Of a stretch of 64,000 bases of DNA, positions 1 to 12,700 are shown piece after piece (within the stretch, counting starts at the first letter, position 1; each line of letters begins with the position of its first letter). The notes beneath the pieces are model-generated. The model worked only from the letters and a program-made list of their open reading frames with translations, was not told the origin of the DNA and did no database searches. The DNA comes from Podarcis melisellensis (lineage: Eukaryota), in assembly GCA_964234715.1 (NCBI GenBank), contig OZ174279.1; one strand, given 5' to 3'. The position numbers and the translations under genes were made by a program.

Positions 1-509
1 TACCGCCATGATATGGATGGCAGAAAAGAGGTGTCTCCACCCACCATCAAAATTTGGCTCCCAACAATTTCCCCCTGTTGATTGTGCCTCTTAATCCTGA
101 AAAATTTGCCCTCACCTTCTCTATGGGTTGCAGGAACAAAAAGAATGGATAATTGAGAAAAAGAGCTGTGTTGGTAGGGATGACAGATGCGCTATACTAC
201 GGAGAGAGAAGAGAGCGTGAATGGTATGTGGAAAGAAAAGGAGGGAAAGCTATTGGAGAAGTATTCAAAGAAGTGGTAGAACAGAGCAAAAAGGGACTAA
301 TAGAATAGGCTAAAAAGAAAACACTGTGTTAAAATAACAAGTGGCTCACCGAGGTATTGGTATGGTGTGCCCCTACACTTAAGTGTGAAGAATTGCTCCC
401 AAGTAGTGTAGAGAACTGGCATTGGACATATCTTCATATTTCCTTGTGATAGCTCATTTTCAGCTCCAGTGTTTTGTTTTCTTTTTCCTCTTTTCTTTTG
501 CAAGTAGAC

Positions 510-650
510 CAGAGGTGTCCAAACTTTTTTCAAAGGGGGCCAGATTTCATGAAGTGAAGGGCCGTGAGGGCTGACCAAAGTTGTTGAGCTTTTTTTAGGA
601 TTGAAGTTGTGGAGGTATTAGGCCACCGAAACAGACTTTGGACACGCCTG
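510..650. mobile_element. hAT-type MITE
   Basis: TIRs CAGAGGTGTCCAAA / TTTGGACACGCCTG, perfect 8-bp TSD AAGTAGAC. Confidence 0.85.
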
Positions 651-739
651 AAGTAGACTGTTGTAGTGTGTTGTTACCTACACACCAAGTATGAGGGGGA
701 GGAAGTTATTTACCACCTGTATGCCATGGATGCTGTCAG

Positions 740-874
740 TAGTGCTATTTTCTAGAAAAGAGGTGCCAGAACTCACCATGAATGCCTCCCTTGTTCTCCT
801 TATAATGGCAATGGCACCCACCTGAGAGGTACCAGAACTGAGTTCCGGTGAGTTCCAGCTGCAAACAAGACCTG
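740..874. mobile_element. hAT-type MITE
   Basis: Perfect 8-bp TSD GCTGTCAG (732-739 and 875-882), degenerate TIRs, internal gaggtRccagaact repeats. Confidence 0.7.
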
Positions 875-2883
875 GCTGTCAGGTAGATGCCCTGGACACT
901 TAGACAGTATGTTCCAGACAGAACTGCTCATTGGAAGGGTGCTGCGAGGTTGCTAAAGAATCACATTTTTATCAGCCACAGTATATAGTAATTGCATTAT
1001 ACCTGAGATACAAGCACTTCCCTGAGGGAAAACATTTGGCTTCCTTGCAACACATGAGCAACAACTGAACAGTTGTTGCGTTATAAACAGATGGCCTGGA
1101 AAAATTCCAAAGTGATGTCTGCAGTGTGCACTAGGGATTCTGGGATACATATCTGGGAATGCATACTTGTTTGAACTTCACATTTACTGTTGTTCAGCGT
1201 ACTGAAATTAGATTATCTAAAACCTAGGAAACCAGGGTGAGCACAAACCAGTTTGAAAATTAGTAATCACTAAGAAAGCAAACTGAAGTGTTAATAGTGA
1301 GTGGCAAATGAGTCGAAGGCAAGGTTGAATTCTTGATTTAAAAAAATAGTTTTGTAGGTGCAAAATGTAGATATCTGGCTTGATTATTCTAAATTATTCT
1401 TGAATCTTGTGTGAGTCACATCTGTTTAACCTAACAATACTACTGAAGTTATTAGCTCACAAAGCAATTACTAATCCACCTGCCTACATATACCTGTATC
1501 TGGCCTAAAATAAAAATTAAAAGAACCAGTCTTTGTAAAGATTCCCTATCTAGTTGCTTAGAGACAATTCTTATTTGCAGCTGGTCAAGCCTAGGTTGGT
1601 TCGTTGTTTTTGCATGGTCATGATAGTGTGTATTGTGATATTCTAGGATTATACTTGTGTTCCAGAAATAGGAAAATATTCTGCTGCATACAGCAATGTG
1701 TTGCACTGCTCTAGAATCTTTGCTCCAAAAATAAGACTCATTTACATACTACTACATTACCAGCAAGTGATCAGTTCCACAACTGTTCCCGCAATACAGT
1801 ATTAAGAAGCTGCTGTTTTAAAAAGAATTTATTAAATGTGAAAAACTTTGTTTCCTCAACCACAGATAGTTGTGTGACTGCACACTTCTACTAATGGACC
1901 TGGTAGTAGATATGTTTAATTCAGAGCAAAGTGTATTGAGCTTCAAGTAGAAATGTAAGAATCCCCAGAAGTGCTCCAGTATTGCATAACTTAAAGCAAT
2001 ATGCATTTGATCATTAATGTGGCATACAATAAAAGCAGCAGCACATCTCCTCTGAAGTCTAGACTGTGATTTGTAATCTCTCTCACAACGTGCCAGCTGA
2101 ATCTTTCAGCCAAACTATAATTGACTGAATAGAACTATGAAATTCTTTCTGCAAAAAGTGTCAGTCTTACAGAGATTTTTGAGACTAGATTGATTTTAAT
2201 CACTGAAAAAACAGATTGTGAATCACATTTTCCATGTTAATCCATCTATTTCTTGAACAAGCACGCATACCATTTGGCTGCTAAAACAAAATGTTATCTG
2301 TGTTTGTTTTTTGCAATGTAATAAAGTGGCCTAGCTATACTAAGCACTATGCAGCCCGCATGCCCTTTGCACTACAGAATTTGTATGTGTTTAAAGACAG
2401 AAAGCCTTCACAGTTGCTAATGGTTTTATTTGACTTTATTAATAAGGACAATAAGCAAGAGCACTTACTTGAAGACAGCATGCTAAGAACTATTCAGAAG
2501 CAAGGGTTGGTAGTTAATAGAACAGCACTTCTTCAAAAAATGGGAAGTCTGTATCCAGGGCCTTTGACTCACCGCATAAACCTGTAATCGCTTATTCAGT
2601 TGGGAATAAAGTCAATTGAACTCGATATAACTTATTTCTGAGTGCAAATGTATAGGATTGCACTGTAAATGTTAGGGATGTGCATTGGGTTCAGATGAAT
2701 CCTACAATGAAGTGGACTGCCTCATACAAATTTTATGTTTGCCAGAGGTAAAGCTCTTTCTACAAGGTGGCTTGCATTGAAGCAACAACTTTGCCTTAGA
2801 AACCTAGACAGTCGCTAAAAATAATATGGACAAGTAGCTGCTGAAAGCAATGGTATTGTTGCTAAGCTTACTGTAATGTCAAG

Positions 2884-3110
2884 CTGGTTCAGACCTGGCC
2901 TTGGAGCTGAATCAGACTTGGTCACCCTGATGGGTGACTTTTATCATGAGAGAAACATGGGAAGGAGTGTGACCTTGTTATTTCTGCTCAGTCTCTCAGT
3001 GGCTTTTGATAGTGGCTTTTGATAGTGTTGACCATGGTATTCTCCTGGACTGACTCAATTGGATGGTTATCCAAGGCATTGTATTACATTGGTTCCATCC
3101 TTAGTTTCAG
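2884..3110 (+). mobile_element. L2-type LINE reverse-transcriptase remnant
   Basis: Degenerate GFRPG..TE.AL and LL.LS.AFD.VDHGILL motifs. Confidence 0.65.
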
Positions 3111-3988
3111 GGCTCCTGGCACCTGTGTTAGAGAGTTCTGCATCTTTTCATAACAGTTAGCTGATTTCTGATTTTAAAATTTTGCATAGTTTTTATTGTA
3201 TGGTTTTATGGGTGACTGTTGTAAACTATTCTGATTTTTTTTAATGACTAGCAATATAGATATAGATAAATTGTTCCAATATAGTTTTTTATTTTATTTA
3301 GATGCATTAAAATTTGATAATTTTACTTAATAAAATACAGTTTGCTGTCAGATACAAACTGTTTGATAATATGCATAGCCTTATTACTCCAAATAAACCC
3401 CTAATTTACATTTTGTAAACTGGGGTGGATATGTTAAGCCCCTAGAGCTGTATTCTGCAGAAACTATGGCTCTCAGTGTGGATTTTTTAATGCTCTGTTA
3501 ATGAATTTTAAAGCAGTATTAATCAGGTTACTTCTTGACTTCCACACTCTTAATAGTGCTTTTCCGGGTCACACCTTTTTTTAATGTGAAACTATTATGC
3601 TGAAAAATTTTCTGGCATAAGGAATTAGAAGAGAGAGTGTAAATTAAATTGTGGAAAGTCAAACAACAGATGTCAGCTTTGAAGTCTGAGATTGTCCAAT
3701 AAAAATAAACTAGAAGAAAGGGAATCAAAATGTGGAATTAAACATCTGCTTGGCAGCTGTGGATATCTGTCTGTCTTAAATTCTAAGATGTAGCACATTG
3801 CACCTTCTATTTCTTTACATTTATATTCCATCCTATTTTGAAGGTTTACAATCAAACTATAAATCTCCATTTAACTGTCTCCATTGTTTCTTTCACCTTT
3901 TGCAATGCAGCCAACCCAACCATTATGAGCCCTGCCAGTCACAGTGTCCTTTTCCATTCTCATTCCAAAGCTTCTGTGATACTCAATA

Positions 3989-4327
3989 CAGTGGTACCTC
4001 GGGTTAAGAACTTAACCTGAGGTCCTATTTCTGGGTTAGTGGAGTTTGTAACCTGAAGTGTCTGTAACCTGAAGCGTCTGTAACCAGTGCTACCTCTGGT
4101 TACAAACTTAATTCATTCTGGAGGTCTGTTCTTAAGCTGAAACCCTTCTTACCCTGAGGCGCGCTGTCGCTAATAGGGTCTTCTGCGCGTGCGTGTGCCT
4201 CTGGTGCGCGATTTCTGTTCGCATCCTGGGGCAAAGTTCGCAACCAGGAGCAGCTACTTCCGGGTTAGTGGAGCTTGTAACCTGAAGCGTTTGTAACCAG
4301 AAGCGTCCGTAACTAGAGGTGCCACTG
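3989..4327. mobile_element. Tc1/mariner-pogo-type MITE, composite of two units
   Basis: CAGTGGTACCTC...GAGGTGCCACTG ends, TA flanks, second TIR-like start at 4085. Confidence 0.85.
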
Positions 4328-5043
4328 TACAAGAAACCCAGCTCCCAATAAATGTATATCTACTATCCCCAACACTTCCTGTCTCTTAACCATGTAGCCT
4401 GATCTTTCCCTCATAAAACCCAGTCCCCTGAGGGTAGCTTCCTAAATGCCCACAGGGATGCAGCTTCCAAATGCACTGACTGCCCAGTGTTAGAAACCGA
4501 GATATGAAAGCTAGGAGCTAAATGGTACCTTAAGCCTAGGTTATAGGCGTAGCAACAGAATGTCCAGGTGCACTTTTTCATAACAAGAATGCAAAGCTGA
4601 AAATGAATGAACTGCAGCTAAAAGATTGTGTTCATTTTTCACTTGGTCTAGTCCTTCCCCTGCCCAGCCCCCTAATATTCTCTTCTAGAAGAGTACATGG
4701 AGGTGGGGAAGACTAGACCATGTGTTCCATTCAAAGTTATATTATGTTGCCTTTCAGGTTAAGCAACTAATTCCCCTTATTAGGGGCTTCTGGAAGACAC
4801 CCTGGGTACGGATTGAGCTCTTCCCCTCCATCTCTTTCTGGGACTGTCCAGGGCAGCACTGAGGAAAATTTGTAACCTCTTCTTGAAAGCAACCCTTTTG
4901 ACATGGAGGTAGTGGAGTTTGGTTTGGGCCCTGGGTGTGCCACCGCTCACCTCAGTATTGGATCACTTTGCTTTAAATATCAGCAATTTCAGGCCTGGGA
5001 ATCTAGGGGAGTCTATAGAATTAGTGATGTACTATATGGAGAA

Positions 5044-5416
5044 AGAGACGTGGGTGGCGCTGTGGGTTAAACCACAGAGCCTAGGACTTGCTGATCAGAA
5101 GGTCGGCGGTTCAAATCCCCGCAACGGGGTGAGCCCCCGTTGCTCGGTCCCTGCTCCTGCCAACCTAGCAGTTCGAAAGCACGTCAAAGTGCAAGTAGAT
5201 CAATAGGTACCGCTCCGGCGGGAAGGTAAACGGCCAGCATGACTAAGCCACTTCTGGTGAACCAGAGCAGCACACAGAAACGGGCTTAGTCATGCTGGCC
5301 ACATGACTCGGAAGCTGTACGCCGGCTCCCTCGGCCAATAAAGCAAGATGAGCGCCGCAACCCCAGAGTCGGTCACGACTGGACCTAATGGTCAGGGGTC
5401 CCTTTACCCTTTACCT
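5044..5416 (+). mobile_element. Sauria SINE, full length, with internal inversion
   Basis: tRNA-like head with B box GGTTCAAATCC, (ACCTTT)-type tail, 11-bp TSD TATATGGAGAA (5033-5043 and 5417-5427). Confidence 0.9.
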
Positions 5417-5575
5417 TATATGGAGAACAAGTCCTTAAGAAGGAGGCTGTCATTGTGCTGCTGTAGGGTACATTGTTTACATGGTTGTAGCTGCCTCAGT
5501 CATGTTCATTTGCAGCAAATCCCTATGGAAGGGGACAAATCTACAAGATAGGGGACCAGCCTCTATGCTTTATAG

Positions 5576-5808
5576 CAGGGGTCAGCAAACGTTTTCAGCA
5601 GGGGGCTGGTCCACTGTCCCTCAGACCTTGGAGGGTGGATCGCAGACTATATTTTGAAAACAGAAAAAGAAAAGAACGAATTCCTATGCCCCACAAATAA
5701 CCCAGAGATGCATTTAAATAAAAGGATACATTCTGCTCATGTAAAAACACACTGATTCCTGGACCGTGCGTGGGCCGGATTTAGAAGGTGATTGGGCCGG
5801 ATCTGGCT
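5576..5808. mobile_element. hAT-type non-autonomous element, 3' truncated
   Basis: CAGGGGTCAGCAAAC terminus and gggccggat subterminal repeats. Confidence 0.6.
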
Positions 5809-5881
5809 GAATCTCCAAATGCATGAGTAATATTACATTTACTGATACTTTCCTTGCTTCAGTAGTAGTAGTAGAAGAAGA

Positions 5882-5915
5882 AATTAATTAATTAATTAAT
5901 TAATTAATTAATTAA
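5882..5915. repeat. (AATT)n microsatellite
   Basis: Direct reading; lies at the tail of the L2 fragment. Confidence 0.9.
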
Positions 5916-5919
5916 AATA

Positions 5920-6243
5920 ATATTTATACCTCACCCATCTGGCTGGGTTTCCCCAGCCACTCTGGGTGGCTTACAGTACATATAAAATCATAGTAAAACC
6001 TCAAACATTAAAAACCTCCTGATACAGGGCTGCCTTCAGATGTTTTCTAAAAGTCAGGTAGTTGTTCATTTCCTTAACATCTGATGGGTGGGCGTTCTAC
6101 AGGGAGGATGCCACTGGTGAGAAGGTCCTCTGCCTGGTTCCCTCTAGCTTCACTTCTCGCAGTGAGGAAACTGTCAAAAAACCCTCGGAGGAGGACCTGA
6201 ATGATGGGGTGGAGACACTCCTTCAGGTATACTGGGCCGAGGT
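5920..6243 (-). mobile_element. L2-type LINE 3' fragment
   Basis: Reverse complement matches the copy at 26657-26855 (cagatgtcaagg...gcccagagtggctgggg). Confidence 0.7.
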
Positions 6244-9200
6244 TACTTTGCTTTGTGCAGGTTTGTAACTGAAATAAGTCTGTGTGCTGTTTGTAATGTT
6301 TAATGAAAATAATAAATTTCTCTTTAAAAAAATCTTATTCCTAGCCCTATTTTCCACCCACCCACAGTGACTTCGAGTGGAAAAAATTCCACTGTTATAT
6401 TTTTCTGTGCAATATTTTCCATTCCTAAAAATACATTTTCCCCATAAAATTAATCATTAACATAATGAATCAAATAGCTGTTAGTTGTAATGTTGTAATT
6501 AACTTTTTCCAGATGATTGTCCCTAGGAAGTACTTGCACACAGGCCTACATACAATTTCAGTACCCTAACTTTTTCTTAAACTTTAACTAACATATCCTA
6601 ATAAAAACAAATTCCAAACAAATTGCTACCCAAGTGTGCTTTATTGATCCCCGCCCCCACTCAGATAAATTCAAATGCTTCTGGTTTTTTGTAAAATATT
6701 TAATATTTATGCAGCATGTAAAATGAACATTGAGTACTTTTGATTAAGGTTTTTTTACTCCCAAGTGACTTAAGTTTAAGTTGAGTAAAGTGAGCTAAAA
6801 GTTGACAATCAGGGTGCTATTAAAGAAGCAGGAAGCAAAGAAATATAGGAGAAAGTGAGAGCTGAGAGACAGGTTTTGCTTCCTCACCCACTCACTTGCA
6901 TGTACCTGTCTGCCTCTGTGGCTCAGGAGCAAAGTAGGTAGAGACAGAAGCAGACAGGCAAAAGGAAAAGGGATCCCTTTGTTTTCTGCTCACCCCCTGC
7001 CCCCACAATTCAAGGAAAAAGAACAGGGGCAGCTGATTGGGAGGGGGCAATAGGTTATACCTTTTGCTCCTTCCTGAGTTGCAGCTGCAAAGCTGAACCA
7101 TAGCTGGCCTGAATCACATATTATGAATATGATTTTGCAAGGCAGTTGTGCACTGAAGCTGCTGGGTGTTTAAGCAGCAGCTATGGCTATAGTACCTTAG
7201 TCTGGGACTGGCGCTCATTGCCAATGCAGTGACCGCAGATTAGAGCAGAGAAAGAAAAATCATTTTTGCCTGGACACTTCTATACTATACTGGCATGCCA
7301 AATATTTCAAAATTTTAAATATTTTTAGGATTACAGCCCTCAACCACTTCTAATGGATTACTCATATCAGTTTTGAATTAAATAACTGATGAATCAGTTA
7401 AATTTGTGTATGGGAAAAACATTTCTGAAGCATGAAACATGTTTACTTAATTTTTAGAGATGCACACATTTGTCCTTGTAGGCATAATCTTGGTAAAGGC
7501 ATTCCTCCTGTGGTTGAGAGAAGGGAGAATGCCTCTGAATAAGTTGATTGGCACCTGAGGTTTTTATAAGCAATGGAAATTAAAAAAAAATCCTGCTGTC
7601 CAGTTTGATTAGGGGCAAATAGTTAATCAATATGTTATACTGATTTTTTTTTAAAGAAAAAGCAAGTTCCAGCCATTGCTGTGACCCTGGCCAGTGGCCC
7701 ATCAATTGGGTTGTTATGAGAGATGTTTCCAGCATGTCAGACTGTAGATTAAAATTATTTTGCTATAGTGCTTTGCCTTCGCTTGAGAATTTGACATCTA
7801 ACCAAATGTACCAGGATATACTAGAAAACTTCTTTGTTCATATGCTTTGACTTGCAGTCTATCTTCTGTTCTAAAATCCAAATGTGCTACCCGAAATGCT
7901 CGTGTGTGTGTGTGTGTGTGTTTATTTCTGAAGGCTAAAATCTACTTGGTATTTGCAGTGTATAAGAATGGCATGGGAGGGGGGAATTTAACACTAACAT
8001 GATTTCCCCCCACATTAAGGTTAGAGTCCTATAACCACTTAACTGGGAGTAAGCACTGCTCAGTATTCAGTTCAATGGATTTTGCTTCTGAGTTAGGCAT
8101 AGGATTGCACTGTAAAGTAACTTTTATCAAGGAAATACTTGCTCAGTAGATAGTGTCAGGAGCTCGTCCTACACTCAAGTAGGACCCTGGTAGAGACACA
8201 TGCCTGGTAGAGACACATGTAAAAATACATTGCTGAAATGTTATACATGAGTGAGCAAAAAGGGATGAGAGGAATCAGCTTTACAGAAAGCCGTTGTATC
8301 ATTGCCATCCTGTTTCATTGGGTCATCTACTGTGTCTATCTGGGTGGCAGGGTTCGAAATTAGCACGGTGCCAGGCCTAAAGATCCTTGCCTAAAGACTA
8401 AAGATTCTTCATTTGTGAGCACCTCAAAAAGGCTGGATACCATTTTTTGTGCCTGGCTGACACTCAAGGATTACTGAAATGCATGTGCTTTGAAGCCTCG
8501 AAGTATATGTTAAGGATAGACAATATGTTAAGGAGTTTAACAATAAAGAGTAGAATGTTTTGAAAACTGTAAACATAATTTCTACTCAAATACGATATTA
8601 ACAATGTGTCATTTATGTGAATTGTGTATTAGTTTGTGCTTATCAAAATAATAAAAAGTGTTGCTGACCCCCCCCCCTCCCCATGGCAACTAGACATTCT
8701 GTTTTGGTGCCCACAGGCTCCTAGCTTTTCTACCCCAGTTTCTAACACTGCTGGGTAGTGATTATACTCCCATTTTTTTACCAGCCAATTGAGTTTTAGA
8801 TTGAAACGCGGACATGAGCACCTACTTCCCATCCAGGCAGGGGTTGGGTGTTCACTACCAGCTATTGCTCTGGAAAAATTCTGGGGACTGAGACTTCAAG
8901 TAAAGGACCCTGAGTGCCCTTGCTCCTATAAATGTGCATGGTCTACTTCTAAAGTGTGCTGTCCGATACCTATGGTTTTATAGAGTGGTAAATAAGTGAG
9001 TGTGATATGCAGCACGTGCTCATCAAGAATTCTGAGAGGGCCCACCTGAACTCTGTTTACCTTCCTCCTGCACATGCCCAAGCTCACATATGTGTGCTGG
9101 CAGTGTGTTCGGACATTAGGGGAAATAAAATCTGCACAAACATCCCATCTCTACCTCTGTCTGTTGTGAGAGAGTGAGAAGGGCTTCAATGGAGTGATAC

Positions 9201-9477
9201 TGAATGATGTCCAGCCACTTGGCAATGGAAATGCACTTGTGCAACTGGATTTCTGGTTTCTCTTCTTTCTCATCCAGCTCCCTGCACACACCCAAAATCT
9301 GCTCCAGACGATCCCCCAAGACTCAAGAGCAGATTTTGAAGTTGTGGGGAGTTGTAGTGGGGAAGAAAAGATGAAGGCCTGTTGTGTGAGTGGGTATCTG
9401 CTCATGATATGATGGACCTCATTCATGGTTATAAAATCAATTGGCATGTTTATAGAAGAGATACCTGAAATATCTCA

Positions 9478-9700
9478 TGGGAGCCAGTGTGATCTAGTAG
9501 TAGTGTGTTGGACCTGGGAGACCATGGCTTGAAATTCTACTCAGTCATGAAGCTCATGGAGTGACCTTGGACCAATCACAGTCTCTCAGTCTAACCTACC
9601 CTGCAGGGTTGTTGTGAGGATAAAATGAGGAGGGGAAAAACTTTGCATGACATCTTGACTTCCTTGGATGAAAAGTGGGATATAAATGTAATAAAGAAAC
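9478..9700 (+). mobile_element. Older Squam3/MIR-like SINE
   Basis: gggagccagtgtg head, gtgaccttgg...ctctcagtctaacctacc...gttgttgtgagga body, AATAAA tail. Confidence 0.65.
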
Positions 9701-12700
9701 AAACGTTTGTTTGACCTAGGTTTAAATTGATTGATTTTAGTAGTGTTAGTGATAGATTCTTCTAGATCATTTTATCCTATATAGTAGTTTTAATCAGTCT
9801 TACCCATTCCTGCTTCCAAAGGATTCCAAGTATGGCTGTCATAGGAGAAAAGGAGGACATTTGCAGGTGCATATTATCTCCTCTACCCCAAGATACAGCT
9901 CGGTCATGATTCATGTGTCGTTCAAGCTGAGGTAACTACCCTCACTTCCTTCTCAGATCAGGTAAAGATATAAAGGAAAGGAAAGGCAGTAAAACACACT
10001 TTTTAAAGAAAATGTTTCCCAATTAAGGAATGTATTCAATGCTGCATGAACAACCTCCAGTCACACAACAAGGTCTTCCCTTCTTCTCTGCCCATGCAAC
10101 CCTCAAATCTATATCAGAGGTACTACAATGGTCTGGAGCAAATTTTGAAGTGCAGGGGAGAGGAGGGGAAAGTTACATTGCACAAATGGAGTAGTAGCAT
10201 TGGATACAGTCCATAGTGTTTAAACTACTCTTTAGACTTGGTAATGTGAATTGGGCTGCTCTGCATGAACCTTCTTTGAGTGCAATCAAACCCAAGTTTA
10301 GCTGTTTAAACAATGCAATCCTATGCACATGTACTGTACTCAGTTGCAAGTCCACATTGGTTAAAAGGATTGTAATGTATGCCTTAGGCAAGCATGCTGG
10401 TGTAGATAGTTCCTATGGATGGTTGTGACCACTGAGAGGGCCCCCTCTCTAATTGCGACCCTCCAAATTTCACTTAAGCTCGTAACAAATCCATGCAACA
10501 GAGGCCACCTCTGCCTCCCAAAGCACTTCCAGATAAGGGACTGTAGCACTGAAGCTTAAATCATGTTAGAATCAGAATAACTAAAGGAGCTTAGCTGGGA
10601 TCGATTATACCCTCTTTTATTAGTTGCTATACTAGAGAAGCTTACTGCTTGCTTAATACATTTTTGTTACTGTACTGGTTACTATTGTGTTGTTTTATAT
10701 AGCTGTGGTTCTGTCAGCTAAACCTGTTGTCATTGACCGTGTTACAGAAGTAACAAAGGGCATTCTCATTTTTTCATGAAGCGTTTAATCCATATTTGCT
10801 TACTGCTGCTATGGAAAAGACAAGTGTATCAGTAGAGAAGCCTCCTTAGGTTGCATGTTGTTATATTTATAGCACAATAGATCCCTGACATGGTTGAAGT
10901 TTGAGTGCTTTCCATGCATCTCTGCCAATGCATCTGTTTTCTCTTAATTTATTTTCAAAGATGCCAGAATGAGTGCATGGAGACTATTTTGCCTAATAAA
11001 GCAGAGACATTATGAAAGTGCATAAAGGATGCTGTACTGTTGCTTTTTCATAGTGGTAATGTGAGCTGAGACTATAGCTAGGGCTTTGTATTGCTTCATT
11101 CTTTGGTGAAAATCAAATGCTGATTAGGATGCCAAATATTTTTGACATTAGTCTTCTGATGCTACATTTTTTCAGTTTAACATATCTTTCCATATTAATT
11201 TAGTGTTCAACAGTAGGAGATTTACTGGGGGGGGGTAATAAGTATTTCTGTATCCCTGTCCTTAAAGCTTATTGTCCTATAGAGAAATGCTGGCTCATCA
11301 GAACATTGCCAGAGTAAGGTTTTCCCACCCATGCCTGTCACAGTGTGAATCAGCCTTCCTGGACTTAGGAAGTCGTGGATGGACAATAAAATGTACATGT
11401 AAGATACAGCTCTATGTTACTGAAATGAATTTTGTATTTGTCTGTGCTTTACATTTGCTTCACTAGCACATAATGCTAAACTATGGTTTGGTTTAACTTG
11501 AAGTTCAGGAATGAGAAGGACTTTGCCAGTATTTACTTTTATGTTTGCCCCACTCAATTTGTTATTGTAAGCAAATTAGGGATCATAATTCATCACGAAA
11601 TAATTGGTTTCAAATCAAACCGACTTCAAACCATGGGCTATGAAACTGATTTGTTTCCCCTCCCTCCCAACTCTGATTCTGTGATTCTCTAGTTCACGAT
11701 AAGGCAAGATTAGGGGAAACTGGAAGTAAACACTGACAAAGAGCTCCCTGTTGTATGGGAGGAGTAAGCTTTGCTTGGGTTAATTCCAGCTAAAATATAC
11801 AGCACTGAACCATAGTTTAGTGTTACATGTGAACGCAGCTGGTGTATAACAAACATAAGTGACTCTCCACTTCACGTTTGTTTGAGACACATTGACCATA
11901 CCATACAATAAGATGCTCTCTTCTCCCCTTTTGCACTCCCAGTTCCCCCTTTCAGTTCTGTGTTCATGGTAACTATAATTTACTTTTATGTCTGAATGAG
12001 GCAAGCTATGGTCACTGTGAGCCATTGTTTACTTTCAAACCAAAATGAGAAACCATTGATTGGACTGAGCTTGTATTGCTGGTTTGCAGGCAAACTGATT
12101 AGATTTAACAGCACACTGTAGTTACCCTGAACCTGGATGGGAGAGAATAAAAGTACACAAACCTGAGGTACATCCCAATAACCAAACCATATAATATCTG
12201 AACCAAGTATCTGTACAGAACTTAAATGGAGTTTGCTGTGGCTCTTATAATGGTTAATGTACTAATGGACTGTAAAGAGCGGTATTGAAATTGTTATGTA
12301 ATTGCAACCATGTCCAGGAATCATTTGCACAGTTTGCTTATTTGTATTGGGTGCGTGCCATTTATATATACACACAGTATAACCAATAACAAATCCATTT
12401 TACTGTTTGCATCTTGGTTATTCCCCTGTAATTGGTAGAATATCCATTGCATCAAAGAAGACAGCAGCCTCCTTAGAAAGCAGAGCAGAGGAAATCTTCA
12501 GAATATAAGTGACTTTAATGACAATTGTTCAGCTTAAGCAAAAAAGTAACACGTGTAGAGAGCACTGCAGATAATTCAAGATATATGCTACACTATCAAG
12601 TGCTGTGGATCACAGACTTTAATCGTAAACAAGTTCCACTGAAATCAATAACATTTCTGAGTAAACATTTTTAGCATTGTGCTATAAGTTTATTGTGAAA

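Noticed and set aside
8186-8219. Short tandem duplications (CCTGGTAGAGACACATG x2; similar cases near 2998, 26555, 33914 and 39726)
   Set aside because: Ordinary slippage or repair duplications with no sign of function.
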